DNA of 64,000 bases, taken from assembly GCA_040005235.1 (NCBI GenBank), contig JBDTZG010000006.1, positions 32,001 to 96,000 of the forward strand, given 5' to 3'. Below, one piece after another: positions 19,159 to 29,346 of this stretch. Source of the DNA: Acidobacteriota bacterium. GTDB taxonomy: Bacteria > Acidobacteriota > Thermoanaerobaculia > Multivoradales > UBA5704. Position numbers and translations under genes: made by a program. Below the pieces are notes generated by a model. That model made no database searches. It saw nothing but the letters and a program-made list of their open reading frames with translations, and was not told the DNA's origin. Position 1 is the stretch's first letter. Each line of letters opens with the position of its first letter.

Positions 19159-19360
19159 GGTGAGACCTCCTGGGCCCGGCGACACATCGTCGCTCTGGGT
19201 GCTTGTCGTTGATCCGATCGCCTGGGGAGATTTGGATTCATGCGCGCTCCAAGCGATAGTGCCGGATTTCGAGGCTGGTAGTGCGCATACCGGACCTCCG
19301 GGGGAAAAGGCTAACACGCGCCCCGATCGTGTGCAGCGAACGCACCGGATCGTTGCGTCC

Positions 19361-20953
19361 TTACGGACTCCCGACCAGAAACCGCGCGAGCCGCTCCCAG
19401 CGTTCGGGCCGGGGACGAAGCCGAGCCGGGATTTTCCGGGGCGTTGCGGGCTGGGAGCGGTCGGAGAGTGGAACCGCGCTCACTTCTAGAGGGAAGGCGC
19501 GCCGCCGCTCGCCCGGGCCGAGCAGCCAGATCTTGACCTGGGTCGGCGGGTCATCGGCCAGGAGTACCGTGGAGCGGACAGCTTGGATCACCTCCGAGCC
19601 GCGCCCCCGGCCGCGGCGGACCAGGATCGCGCAGCGGTTCGCGGGCCAGCTCGCGCCGAGCCGGGCGACCGAGCCGTCGAGCGGGATCAACGAGGGTGCC
19701 GGCCGGGAGGCCGTTGCCTGAGGAAGGTAGTGAGCGAGGCAGATCTCGGTCGAGGCGTTCAACGCGAGAACCGGCTCGCCCGGTCGAGCCGAAGCGGCGA
19801 TCACCCGCGCGGCCCAGAGCCAATCGGAGCGGTGTGCGTAGTCCCAGACGATGCCGATCGCCGCGGCGATCCCGAACGCCCCGACCAGGGCGAGCTGCAG
19901 CTCCACGCGAAGTGCCGGCCGGATCGCCAGCGCCTGAAGCCGCCGGCAGCTTTCGGCGAGACCGAGGCCGAGCAGGACGGCGAGAAACAGCCAGCCGATC
20001 AGCATGTAGCGCGCCTCGCTCCAGTGTCCGGAGAGCTGGAGCACGACCTCGACCCCCATGGTTCCCGCAATCGCCCCCGCGATCACCGCCCGGCCCTCTC
20101 CACTCCGAGCGGCGCGCCAAACGCCGAGACCCACGAGAGCCAGCGCCAGCAGCCCGGTCCAGCCGAGAGCGTGAGAGTCCGTCCCGAACGTCAGCTCATG
20201 CCAGCGTTCGATCAGAGGGCCGAGATGCCAGCGGGTTGGGGGGCGCTGCATTCTTTGGTGTCGCGCGGCGAGCATGACGGAGAGCCAGGGGGCATAGGCG
20301 AGTCCCCAGCCGAGCAGGAAGAGGGGGACCGCCATCAGCAGACGGCGGGTTCTTCGGCGCGTTTCTTCTTCCTCGTCAAAAGCCCGTTCGATCGCGAGCC
20401 AGGCGATCGGCGCGAGAATCGCGACCGAGAGGTAATGGGTGTAGAGAGTCGCGAGCACGGCGAAGAAGAAGCCGACCCCGCGGCGGCCATCCGGAGAATC
20501 GAGCAGCCGGTCCGCCGTTGAGAGCGAGAGAGCCGCGCAGAACAGGGCGAGCGAGTAGGGGCGCAGCTCTTGGGAGTAATGGACGTGAAATGGTGCGAGC
20601 GCCATCGCCGACCCCACCAGCAGACCTTCGAGCCGGCCGAACCGGCGGGCGACCCAGCGCGCGACGATCAGGACCGTGCCGATGCCGAACGCGATCGGAA
20701 TCATCCGCCGCGCCGACTCGCCGAGCCCCAGGCAAAGGCCGAGCCAGGAGAACACCCCTTCAAGCGGCGGATGGACCGCGTCGGCCCGCAAGGCTCCGAG
20801 CATCTCTCCGAAACCGCCGCTCGCCTGGTTCGTCTCGATGATCTCGTCGAGCCAGAGCGAAAAGCTGCCGAGGTTCGCCACGCGGGGCAGAAGCGCCAGC
20901 AGGGCGAGGCACACCAACAGCCCTCCGGAAAGACCTCGATTTAGAACGCGCAT
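19361..20953 (-). CDS. GT-C fold (PMT/GT39-like) membrane glycosyltransferase
   Basis: SLWLDE, HPPL, HYSQELRPYSL, LYTHY, and multiple TM helices. Confidence 0.85.
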   Translation of the reverse strand: MRVLNRGLSGGLLVCLALLALLPRVANLGSFSLWLDEIIETNQASGGFGEMLGALRADAVHPPLEGVFSWLGLCLGLGESARRMIPIAFGIGTVLIVARWVARRFGRLEGLLVGSAMALAPFHVHYSQELRPYSLALFCAALSLSTADRLLDSPDGRRGVGFFFAVLATLYTHYLSVAILAPIAWLAIERAFDEEEETRRRTRRLLMAVPLFLLGWGLAYAPWLSVMLAARHQRMQRPPTRWHLGPLIERWHELTFGTDSHALGWTGLLALALVGLGVWRAARSGEGRAVIAGAIAGTMGVEVVLQLSGHWSEARYMLIGWLFLAVLLGLGLAESCRRLQALAIRPALRVELQLALVGAFGIAAAIGIVWDYAHRSDWLWAARVIAASARPGEPVLALNASTEICLAHYLPQATASRPAPSLIPLDGSVARLGASWPANRCAILVRRGRGRGSEVIQAVRSTVLLADDPPTQVKIWLLGPGERRRAFPLEVSAVPLSDRSQPATPRKIPARLRPRPERWERLARFLVGSP

Positions 20954-21080
20954 GCCCGTTTATCGGATGCGGACCCGTACAGTGTTTAGCCCCCGGGGAC
21001 CAATCTCGGCCGGAACGGTGCCAAACGCTTGCGGGCTGCCGGGAAAGATCGGCGTCCTCTCGTGCCACAATTGCTTCGCC

Positions 21081-23675
21081 GTGACCGAACCGACACCGAT
21101 ATCCGCAGCTCGTCCCAACCTCGCCGCGCGCGTGCCGCAAGCGGGCACCAGCGACCCGGACGAAATCCTCAGCCGCTTCATCGATTGGGCGACCGACATG
21201 GGCTACGAGCTCTACCCGGCCCAGGAAGAGGCGCTGCTGGAGCTGATGGCGGGCAAGCACGTCATCCTCAATACGCCCACCGGCTCGGGCAAATCGCTGG
21301 TCGCCCTCGGCCTACATTTCAAGGCGATGTGCGAGGGGCAGGTCTCGTACTACACCAGCCCGATCAAGGCGCTCGCCTCCGAGAAGTTCTTCTCGCTGTG
21401 CAACGACTTCGGGCCGGAAAACGTCGGCATGCTGACCGGCGACGCGAGCATCAATCCGACCGCCCGGGTGCTCTGCTGCACGGCGGAGGTGCTCTCGAAC
21501 ATGGCGCTTCGCCAGGGCGAAACGCTCGACGCGCCGTACGTGGTGATGGACGAATTCCATTACTACTCGGACGCCGAGCGCGGCATCGCCTGGCAGGTCC
21601 CTCTGCTGGTGCTCCCGTATACCCGATTCCTGCTCATGTCGGCCACTCTGGGCGACGTCTCGGCGATCGCCGAGCAGATCAAGAAGCGCACCGGCGGCGA
21701 GGTCGCCCACGTGATCTCGGAGCACCGGCCGGTGCCGCTCGATTTCGAGTATCGCGAGACGCCGCTTCACGAGACGATCGAAGTACTGCTCGAACAGGGC
21801 CGCTCGCCGATCTACATCGTCAACTTCACCCAGCGCGAATGCGCGGAGCTGGCGCAGTCGCTCACCAGCATGAAGACCTCCACCCGCGAGGAGCGCGAGA
21901 AGATCCGCGACTCAATCGCCGGTGCCCGGCTCGACACGCCGTACGGCAAGGAGTTCCGCCGTTTTCTCTCGTTCGGCATCGGCGTCCACCACGCGGGGCT
22001 CCTGCCGAAATATCGCCTCTTGGTGGAGCAGCTCGCGCAACAGGGGCTGCTGCGCGTGATCTCGGGAACCGACACGCTGGGCGTCGGCGTGAACATCCCG
22101 ATCCGCACCGTGCTGTTTACCAAGCTCGCGAAGTTCGACGGCAAGAAGGTGGCGACCCTTTCGGTGCGCGACTTTAAGCAGATCGCCGGCCGCGCCGGAC
22201 GAAAAGGTTTCGACACCCGGGGGAGCGTCGTCGCCCAAGCGCCGGAGCACATTATCGAGCAGCGGATGCGGGAGCGAAAATCGAGCGGCGGCGGCAAGAA
22301 ATCGAAGGCGCCGCTGCGAGGCCCCGCCAAGGGCGAGGTCTCTTGGAGCGAAGAGACGTTCCAGCGGTTGATCCAAAAGCCGCCCGAGACGCTTCGCTCC
22401 CGGTTCCGCATCACCCACGGCATGGTGCTCAACCTGCTCCAGCGCGACGCTGAGATCAACGATCCGAACCGCCCGAACTTCTCCTCGCTCCGCGAGCTGA
22501 TCGAACGCTCGCACGAGGACGAGGCGAGCAAAGCGAAATGGTTGCAGTTCTCGGGCGTAATCGTCCGCTCCCTCTTTAGGGCGGACGTGCTGCGCGTCAC
22601 CAAAGACACCAAGCGCAACTATTACTGGGTGGTGATCGCGGAAGATCTGCAGTGGGATTTTTCGCTCCATCACGTCTTATCGCTGTTCCTGATCGAAACG
22701 CTCGGCCAGCTCGATCCCGAGTCCGAAACCTACGCGCCCGATCTGATCACCTTGGTCGAATCGATCCTGGAAAATCCGGAGGCGGTCCTGCGCCGCCAGG
22801 TCGATAAGCTCAAGACGGTGTTGATCACCCAGCTCAAGGCGCAAGGGGTCGACTACGACGAACGGATGGAGCGGCTGGAAGAGGTCACCCATCCGCAACC
22901 CATGGCGGATTTCCTTCAGCACCACTTCCTCCGCTTCCGCCGCGACCACCCCTGGGTCGGCAATCGCGACATCGCACCGAAATCGATCGGCCGGGAGATG
23001 CTTGAAGGGTTCTTCGGCTTCTCCGACTACGTCCGCCAGTACGGCCTTCAGCGGAGCGAGGGGGTCCTCCTGCGCTACATCTCGCAGCTCTACAAGACGC
23101 TGGAGCAAAGCGTGCCCGAGCTGGCCAAGAGCCCCGAGGTCTACGACGGCATCGGCTTCTTCCGCGCGCTCCTCCAGCATACGGATACGAGCCTGATCGA
23201 AGAATGGGAAAGCCGCCTTCACCCCGAGCTGCTGCTCGAAAAGCCGGAGGAAAGCGAAAGGGACCGCCGCGAGTTGCGGGTCAAAGAGCTGCTCGGCAAC
23301 CCGATGGCCTTCGGAGCCCGGGTCCGCGCGGAGCTACACCTCCTGCTCCGCGCGCTCGCCAATCGCGACTGGGAAGAGGCGGCGGCCTCGATCCTCCCCG
23401 CCCCCGACGATCCGGAAGGCCCCTGGACCCCGGAGCGCTTCGAAGCCGCCCTCGCCCCGTTCCTCGCCGAGTACGGAGATCTCACCTTCGGCCCCGAGGC
23501 CCGCCGCCACCAATGGACGACGATCAAAAAGACCGGCAACCGCACCTGGGAAGTCGCCCAGACCCTCCTCGACCCCCAAGGCGACAACCTCTGGGCGGCG
23601 CGCGGCACCATCGATCTCACCGACCCGAGTGTCCTCGAAGGTCCGCTCGTGCACTTGGAGCGGATCGGGCCGTAG
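21081..23675 (+). CDS. Ski2/HelY-like DEAD/DEAH-box helicase with DUF3516-like C-terminus
   Basis: PTGSGKS, PIKALASEKF, DEFH, MSAT, HHAGLLP, QIAGRAGR, YGLQRSEGVLLRY. Start approximate (GTG 21081). Confidence 0.9.
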   Translation: MTEPTPISAARPNLAARVPQAGTSDPDEILSRFIDWATDMGYELYPAQEEALLELMAGKHVILNTPTGSGKSLVALGLHFKAMCEGQVSYYTSPIKALASEKFFSLCNDFGPENVGMLTGDASINPTARVLCCTAEVLSNMALRQGETLDAPYVVMDEFHYYSDAERGIAWQVPLLVLPYTRFLLMSATLGDVSAIAEQIKKRTGGEVAHVISEHRPVPLDFEYRETPLHETIEVLLEQGRSPIYIVNFTQRECAELAQSLTSMKTSTREEREKIRDSIAGARLDTPYGKEFRRFLSFGIGVHHAGLLPKYRLLVEQLAQQGLLRVISGTDTLGVGVNIPIRTVLFTKLAKFDGKKVATLSVRDFKQIAGRAGRKGFDTRGSVVAQAPEHIIEQRMRERKSSGGGKKSKAPLRGPAKGEVSWSEETFQRLIQKPPETLRSRFRITHGMVLNLLQRDAEINDPNRPNFSSLRELIERSHEDEASKAKWLQFSGVIVRSLFRADVLRVTKDTKRNYYWVVIAEDLQWDFSLHHVLSLFLIETLGQLDPESETYAPDLITLVESILENPEAVLRRQVDKLKTVLITQLKAQGVDYDERMERLEEVTHPQPMADFLQHHFLRFRRDHPWVGNRDIAPKSIGREMLEGFFGFSDYVRQYGLQRSEGVLLRYISQLYKTLEQSVPELAKSPEVYDGIGFFRALLQHTDTSLIEEWESRLHPELLLEKPEESERDRRELRVKELLGNPMAFGARVRAELHLLLRALANRDWEEAAASILPAPDDPEGPWTPERFEAALAPFLAEYGDLTFGPEARRHQWTTIKKTGNRTWEVAQTLLDPQGDNLWAARGTIDLTDPSVLEGPLVHLERIGP

Positions 23676-23769
23676 GGGGCCAGAGCGGGATGCAGGTGGT
23701 TGAAAATTGACCTCCCGCTGTCGCAAGGCGAGATTCAGGGTCAGCGGGACGGGTTCCTCGACTTCCTGT

Positions 23770-24000
23770 TCGCTCAAGCGCTACTTCACGCTGCGTGAAG
23801 CGTTGTTCCTCGTGCAGTTGATGCCCGCTTTGGAGCAACAATCTGTCCAAGCGGCTGGTGAAGAGCCCGAAGTTATATTTGAACGACACGGGGCTCCTCA
23901 CCCATCTGCTCGGCGTAACCGACGGAAGGCTCCACGAAGAGCCGCGCCTCCTTGGCCCCATCCTGGAGAATTTCGTCGCCCTGGAGCTGTGCAAGCAGGT
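23770..24000 (+). pseudogene. fragment of an AAA-ATPase/DUF4143 gene with a +1 frameshift
   Basis: LKRYFTL.EALFLVQLMPA, an extra T near 23830, then WSNNLSKRLVKSPKLYLNDTGLL..LENFVALEL. Confidence 0.75.
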
Positions 24001-24028
24001 CCGGTTGTATACGATGGCCTTCCCTAGC

Positions 24029-24826
24029 ATGCCTGAACAATTCAATATCGTTGCCGCCCACCACCGCCTGGAGGCCGTTTGGCATGGCCCTTCGCCGGAT
24101 TCCGCGCCGACGATCGTGATGCTCCACGAGGGGCTCGGCTGCGTCGCCGGCTGGCGCGATTGGCCGGCTCGGCTCTCGCGGGAGACGGGGCTGGGGGTAC
24201 TCGTCTACAGCCGGTGGGGGTATGGCGGGTCCGATCCGGTGGCGCCGCCCCGGCCGCTTGGCTATATGCACGACGAGGCGCTCGATTCGCTGCCCGAAGT
24301 GCTGGCCGCCGCGGGCGTACGCGACGCGATTTTGCTCGGCCACAGCGACGGTGCCTCGATCGCCCTGATCTATGCCGGCAGCTCCCTCTCGAAGCTGGCC
24401 GGTGCGCCGCGGATTCGCGGCTTGGCGCTGCTTGCGCCGCACGTCTTCTGCGAGGAGATCTCGGTCGCGGCGATTTCCCGCGCCCGCGAGGCGTATCTTC
24501 ATGGCGATCTCCGGGAGCGACTCGCAAGGCATCACGGCGAAAACGTCGACGGCGCGTTCTGGGGCTGGAACCGCGTCTGGCTCGATCCCGGTTTTCGCGA
24601 TTGGAATCTCGAAGAGTTCTTGCCCGGCATCGAGGTTCCCGTGCTCGTCATCCAGAGCCAAACCGATCCGTACGGCACTCTCGCCCAGGTCGAAGCGATC
24701 GAACGCGGCGTGCGCGGGCCGTTCTCGCGGCGGATCCTTCCGGAGTGCGGCCACGCGCCACAGAAGGACCGGCCGGACGAGACGACGGCGGCGGTGATCG
24801 ATTTCGTGGCACGGACCCTGCTCTAA
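24029..24826 (+). CDS. alpha/beta hydrolase
   Basis: LHEGLGCV, YSRWGYGGS, GHSDGASIA, DPYGT, CGHAP. Confidence 0.9.
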   Translation: MPEQFNIVAAHHRLEAVWHGPSPDSAPTIVMLHEGLGCVAGWRDWPARLSRETGLGVLVYSRWGYGGSDPVAPPRPLGYMHDEALDSLPEVLAAAGVRDAILLGHSDGASIALIYAGSSLSKLAGAPRIRGLALLAPHVFCEEISVAAISRAREAYLHGDLRERLARHHGENVDGAFWGWNRVWLDPGFRDWNLEEFLPGIEVPVLVIQSQTDPYGTLAQVEAIERGVRGPFSRRILPECGHAPQKDRPDETTAAVIDFVARTLL

Positions 24827-24891
24827 CCCTTCCTCGTTGGCGGCATTCCTCCTGCGAACACTCCATTTCGCCGCCACCGAAGGAGGACACG

Positions 24892-26211
24892 ATGAAAATC
24901 CAAAGATGGACTTCGATGGCGGTGATCCTGGGGGTCATCGTCCTGTCGGCTGGCATGACCGCCTCTCCCGCGCGGGCCGATCATGGGTCGTTACGGGGCG
25001 AGGTCGGGATCTACTACGACGAGCTGTCCCCCTATGGGGACTGGGTGGATGACTCGCAGTACGGCGCGGCCTGGTGCCCGCGGCATGTGGGGTCGGATTG
25101 GCGACCGTATTCCGACGGTCGTTGGGTCGACAGCGATTACGGCTGGACCTGGGCTTCGGATGAGCCGTTCGGCTGGGCGACCTATCACTACGGCCGCTGG
25201 GCCTTCGATTCCCGCTACGGCTGGATCTGGGTTCCCGGCACGGTCTGGGCTCCGGCTTGGGTCTCGTGGCAGTACGGGGGCGGCTATGTCGGCTGGGCTC
25301 CGTTGCCGCCGACAGTCGGGTTCGACTTGAACGTCGGCATCCGTCTCGGAGGGCTCTCCCTGAGCACCGTGATCCAACCGCGCGACTACCTCTTCGTCTC
25401 CGAGCGTGGATTCCTGGAGCCGCGGGTCGGCCGCTATGCCGTGCCCCGGACGCGGAACCAGGATCTCTGGCGTAGGGCACGCAACGTGACGAGTTACACC
25501 GTGGTCAATAACCGGGTGATCAATCGCGGTATCGCGATCAACAGCATCGAGCGGGCGACCGGACGCAGAGTTCCGCGCTTCCGGGTTGCGGAAGTGAATA
25601 GCCGCGGCTCAGCGGGGGTCTCCAGGGATCAGCTCAGGGTCTTCCGTCCGCCCTCCGCGCAGCTTCGCTCGATCGACGTCGCAGTTCGCAACGACGCCGG
25701 AGTGCGGCCGGGAATCGGCCGCGATCAACGGAACGATCAACGAGCCGACGACCGAGGTCGTCGCCCGGACGTGAAGCCGGTACCCCGCGGTCAGGAACGC
25801 CGCGACCAGGTCGGAATTGGAACGAAGCCGGCACCCCCCGGCCAGGAGCGCCGGAACCAGATCGAGCCCCGGCCGAACAGCCGCCCGAACAACCGGCCGG
25901 TCACGAAGCCCGCAGAGCGTCCCAACGCCCGGCCGCCGGTAGTCCAAAATCAGCCGCATCGGCCCGAGCCTCCGCAGGTGAACAAGCCCCGGCCGCAAGG
26001 AAATCCGCGCCCCGAGGCGAATCGCCCTCAGCCGCGCCAGAACGAGCGTCCTAACGCCCGGCCGCAGCAGCCGCCGCGGCAAAACGATCGGCCCAACGCC
26101 CGCCCCACGCAGCCCCGGGGAGAGCGTCCGGCGGCCAAACCTAACCGGCCGCACGGCGGTGGTGGTGGGGGCGGCAACGCCAAGCCGAAGCAGCATGGTC
26201 ACGGCGGCTAA
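24892..26211 (+). CDS. DUF6600-like Trp/Pro-rich secreted protein with low-complexity PRQN tail
   Basis: AAGGAGG RBS, signal peptide, LSPYGDW, WRPYSDGRW, EPFGWATYHYGRW, WAPAWVSW, VGWAPLPP. Confidence 0.85.
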   Translation: MKIQRWTSMAVILGVIVLSAGMTASPARADHGSLRGEVGIYYDELSPYGDWVDDSQYGAAWCPRHVGSDWRPYSDGRWVDSDYGWTWASDEPFGWATYHYGRWAFDSRYGWIWVPGTVWAPAWVSWQYGGGYVGWAPLPPTVGFDLNVGIRLGGLSLSTVIQPRDYLFVSERGFLEPRVGRYAVPRTRNQDLWRRARNVTSYTVVNNRVINRGIAINSIERATGRRVPRFRVAEVNSRGSAGVSRDQLRVFRPPSAQLRSIDVAVRNDAGVRPGIGRDQRNDQRADDRGRRPDVKPVPRGQERRDQVGIGTKPAPPGQERRNQIEPRPNSRPNNRPVTKPAERPNARPPVVQNQPHRPEPPQVNKPRPQGNPRPEANRPQPRQNERPNARPQQPPRQNDRPNARPTQPRGERPAAKPNRPHGGGGGGGNAKPKQHGHGG

Positions 26212-26251
26212 GCCGTCCGTTCAACCGCAGTTACTGTAGAGTTCCGTTGCA

Positions 26252-26278
26252 GATGGCGGTGCGACCTACACCGCCATC
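26252..26278 (+). terminator. stem-loop after the DUF6600-like gene
   Basis: GATGGCGGTG-cgaccta-CACCGCCATC perfect 10-bp stem with a weak U tract. Confidence 0.45.
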
Positions 26279-26379
26279 GGCAATTCTTGCTTGACCGCCC
26301 CCCGGAAACCTCGCCCTCTCCCGGCCCGTAGTAGCTTCAGCGTTCGCTTTCGACCGTTTGGCCGCGGAGGGACTTTCGG

Positions 26380-28791
26380 ATGAATCTCCTGCTCGACACC
26401 CGCCTCGCGTTTCGTTCCCTAGTCAAGCGGCCGGGGGCGGCATTGGTGATGATCCTCACCCTCGCTGTCGGCCTGGGCGTGAACGCTGCGATCTTCGGCG
26501 TGCTCGACCGGCTGGTTCTGCGGCCGTTCGTCTTTCCCGACGTGGACCGCATGGTCCTCCTTTCCGAGACTTCGAAGAGCGAAGAGCTGGATTCGTCGAA
26601 CGTCGCCCCCGCGAATTGGTTCGAGGTCCGGCGCGAGGCCAAAGGGATCTTCGAAAGCGTGGCGGCGTTCTCGGGGTGGAACGCCAACCTGATCGGCGCG
26701 GACGGCCCGGAGAGGGTCCTGGGTACCCGCGTCTCGACGGAGTTCTTTCGGTCCTTGCGCGTCGAGCCCGCGGCGGGTCGATTCTTCCTTCCGGGGACTC
26801 CCGATCCCGACGCGGTGGTGATTGCCGATTCGCTCTGGCGCCGGCTTGGAACCGATCCGGGAATCGTCGGCAAACCGCTTTCGATCAATGGCCGCAGCTA
26901 TCAAGTGGTGGGCGTCGCTCGGCCCGGGTTCAATTTTCCGGAAGGGAGCGAGGTCTGGTCGACGCTCGTCCTCAGCCCGGACGAAGCCGCGAGCCGGACG
27001 GATCATTACCTGAGCGTGCTCGGCCGTCTCGCGCCCGGAGTTTCGCTGTCGGCCGCCGCCGCCCGTTTCGAGGTCCTTGCGGCGGGCCTGCGAGCCCGCA
27101 ACCCTGAAACCAACGCCGGCCGGGGCATCCGGGTCCGTACTTTGACCGAAGGATTGCAGGACGAAGGGACGCCCTCGATCCTCGGCCTCTGGCAGGCTGC
27201 GGCGGCGTTCGTTCTGCTGATCGCCTGGGTCAATCTCGCCAACCTGATGCTCGCCCGCGGTTCCGAACGGCGGCGCGACCTCGCGGTGCTCGAAGCGCTC
27301 GGCGCGAGCCGAGGTCGCCGGGTGCTCACTCTGCTCTCCGAGGGCGCGGTCGTGGCCATCGCAGGGGCGCTCCTTTCGCTGCCGATCGCCGCCTTGGCGA
27401 TTCGCCTGATGCGCGACGCGATGCCGGCGACGATCCGCAAATTCATCTACGGGTGGGACCAGCTCGGCCTCGACGGCCGGACGTTCGCTTTCACCCTCGG
27501 CCTGGCCGTGTTCTCGGTCCTGGCGTTCAGCGTCTGGCCGGCGCTGCGCTCTTCCGGTTCAGGGATTGGCGGCGCGCTCCGCCAGGATCGGCGCGGAGGA
27601 TTGGGAATCGGCGCCCAGCGTGGCAGGAGCGCGCTGGTCATCGTCGAGGTCGCCGCCGGTCTCGTCCTCCTGGTGTCGGCCGCGCTCTGCGTGCGGGGTG
27701 CCACCCGGCTTCTCGACGGACCGCAAGGGTACGACCCCGACCATCTGCTGACGCTACGGGTGACGCTCGACGAGGCCCGTTATCCGGACGACGCCTCGCG
27801 GCGCGCCTTCGCCCGAGGAGCGGTCGCCCGCTTGGCCGCGCAGCCTGGCGTCGCATCCGTCGCGGAGGCAAACGTGATGCCCGCGACCGGCAACAACAAC
27901 GTCTTTCCGCTGGCGATCGAAGGGGAGGCCCCGCCGGACAAAAGCGATCCGCCGCAGGTGGATGGCCGGATGGTCTCGCCGCGCTATTTCGAGACGCTCG
28001 GCCTGCCGATCCTGTCCGGCCGCGGGATCGCCGCCTCCGACGGTCCGGACACGCTCCCCGTCGCCGTGATCAGCCGCTCGATGGCCGAGCGCTACTGGCC
28101 AGGTCGTGACCCATTGGGCAAGAGGTTCCGGGCAGGCGAAGAGGGCCAGCCCTGGCTGACCGTGGTGGGGGTGGCGGGCGACCACATCCATCATTGGTTC
28201 AACCGGCGCAATTACCCGACGTTCTTCGAGCCGCTGGAGCAGCATCCGCGGCCGCGTCTCACCCTCGCGGTGCGGACGCTCGGCGAGCCCGAGTCGTTCG
28301 CCCGCGAGGCAAGAAAGGCGTTGCGCGCGCTCGATCCCTATCAGCCGGTCTACGACGTGGGGAGCATGCGCCGCTCGATCTCCGAGTCGACGATCGGCCT
28401 GCAATACGTTGCGGCGGTGATGGCGGCTTTCGCGTTCTTCGGCGTGATTCTCGCGATCTCGGGCGTCTACGCCGTGATGGCCTATCGGGTCAGCCTGCGC
28501 CGCCAGGAGATCGGGGTCCGCGTGGCGCTCGGAGCGACGAAGCGCGACGTGCTCGGCCTCACCCTCGGCCAGGCGCTCCGCCTGACCGCACTCGGCCTCG
28601 TCGGCGGAGCGATCCTTTCCGCCTTCGCCGGACGGGCGATCAGCGGGCTCCTGCGCGGGGTTACCGAGGTCGACCCCAAGCTGATCGTCGGCGGGGTGGC
28701 GCTCTTGGGCGCCGCGATGCTGCTTGCGGCGTTCATCCCGACCCGCCGCGCCCTCGCGCTCGATCCGGCCGAGGTGCTGCGCAACGAGTAG
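26380..28791 (+). CDS. ADOP-type duplicated MacB/FtsX ABC permease
   Basis: 803 aa with two MacB-periplasmic plus FtsX halves: LTLAVGLGVNAAIF, NLANLMLARG, RRQEIGVRVALGA, LDPAEVLRNE. Confidence 0.9.
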   Translation: MNLLLDTRLAFRSLVKRPGAALVMILTLAVGLGVNAAIFGVLDRLVLRPFVFPDVDRMVLLSETSKSEELDSSNVAPANWFEVRREAKGIFESVAAFSGWNANLIGADGPERVLGTRVSTEFFRSLRVEPAAGRFFLPGTPDPDAVVIADSLWRRLGTDPGIVGKPLSINGRSYQVVGVARPGFNFPEGSEVWSTLVLSPDEAASRTDHYLSVLGRLAPGVSLSAAAARFEVLAAGLRARNPETNAGRGIRVRTLTEGLQDEGTPSILGLWQAAAAFVLLIAWVNLANLMLARGSERRRDLAVLEALGASRGRRVLTLLSEGAVVAIAGALLSLPIAALAIRLMRDAMPATIRKFIYGWDQLGLDGRTFAFTLGLAVFSVLAFSVWPALRSSGSGIGGALRQDRRGGLGIGAQRGRSALVIVEVAAGLVLLVSAALCVRGATRLLDGPQGYDPDHLLTLRVTLDEARYPDDASRRAFARGAVARLAAQPGVASVAEANVMPATGNNNVFPLAIEGEAPPDKSDPPQVDGRMVSPRYFETLGLPILSGRGIAASDGPDTLPVAVISRSMAERYWPGRDPLGKRFRAGEEGQPWLTVVGVAGDHIHHWFNRRNYPTFFEPLEQHPRPRLTLAVRTLGEPESFAREARKALRALDPYQPVYDVGSMRRSISESTIGLQYVAAVMAAFAFFGVILAISGVYAVMAYRVSLRRQEIGVRVALGATKRDVLGLTLGQALRLTALGLVGGAILSAFAGRAISGLLRGVTEVDPKLIVGGVALLGAAMLLAAFIPTRRALALDPAEVLRNE

Positions 28792-28800
28792 CTCAGGGGG

Positions 28801-29301
28801 CTATTGCCCTCCGGGCTTCTTTGCGGCGTCGAGCTCCTTCTGCTTATCGCGCACCATCTGCTGCAGCTCGGCCTGATGCGCTTTGCCGATCTCGGCGCCG
28901 ATCTGGGCGCCTTTCTGAAATAGCTCTGGCATCTTGGTCAGGGCCTTCTTGCCGGTCGGCGTGCGATAAAACGCGATCATCTCGCGCGTTTCCGCTTCGG
29001 TGAACGTCTCCATGTAAACCTTGATCAGCTGCGGCGCCATTGCGTCCCAGGTCAAATACTTGGTCGACCATTCGAGCAGGAGGCCGCGAAAGGGCGCGAT
29101 GCCCGGGTTGGCTTTGATCTGCGCATCGATCATCGCGGTGGCGCCGCCCAGCATCGTTTTCTCCAGGTCCATCAGTCCGAACAGCTCGGTCACCGCCTGC
29201 TGGTGCGAGCCGACCGCAGGCTTGGAAGCCGCGCCGGGTGATTGCGCGTGGGCGGACGCCGTACAAAGGAGCAGCAGGGCAGCGGTCAAGAGTTTGCGCA
29301 C
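28801..29301 (-). CDS. DUF2059 secreted protein
   Basis: Signal peptide and YMETFTEAETREMIAFYRTPTGKKALTKMP. Confidence 0.85.
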   Translation of the reverse strand: MRKLLTAALLLLCTASAHAQSPGAASKPAVGSHQQAVTELFGLMDLEKTMLGGATAMIDAQIKANPGIAPFRGLLLEWSTKYLTWDAMAPQLIKVYMETFTEAETREMIAFYRTPTGKKALTKMPELFQKGAQIGAEIGKAHQAELQQMVRDKQKELDAAKKPGGQ

Positions 29302-29346
29302 GGTTCTTCCTTTTCGGAGGGGGTGGGTGATGCTAGATCGATTCGA

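Noticed and set aside
24079-24891. N-terminal extension of the 710-aa ORF
   Set aside because: Overlaps the hydrolase in another frame. The real start is ATG 24892 with AAGGAGG and a signal peptide.
25700-26200. Repeat-like DNA in the DUF6600-like gene tail
   Set aside because: Explained by a low-complexity Pro/Arg/Gln/Asn protein tail, not an independent DNA element.
26380-28791. ABC permease lacking an adjacent ATPase as a novelty
   Set aside because: Orphan status is the defining, known property of ADOP permeases in Acidobacteriota.
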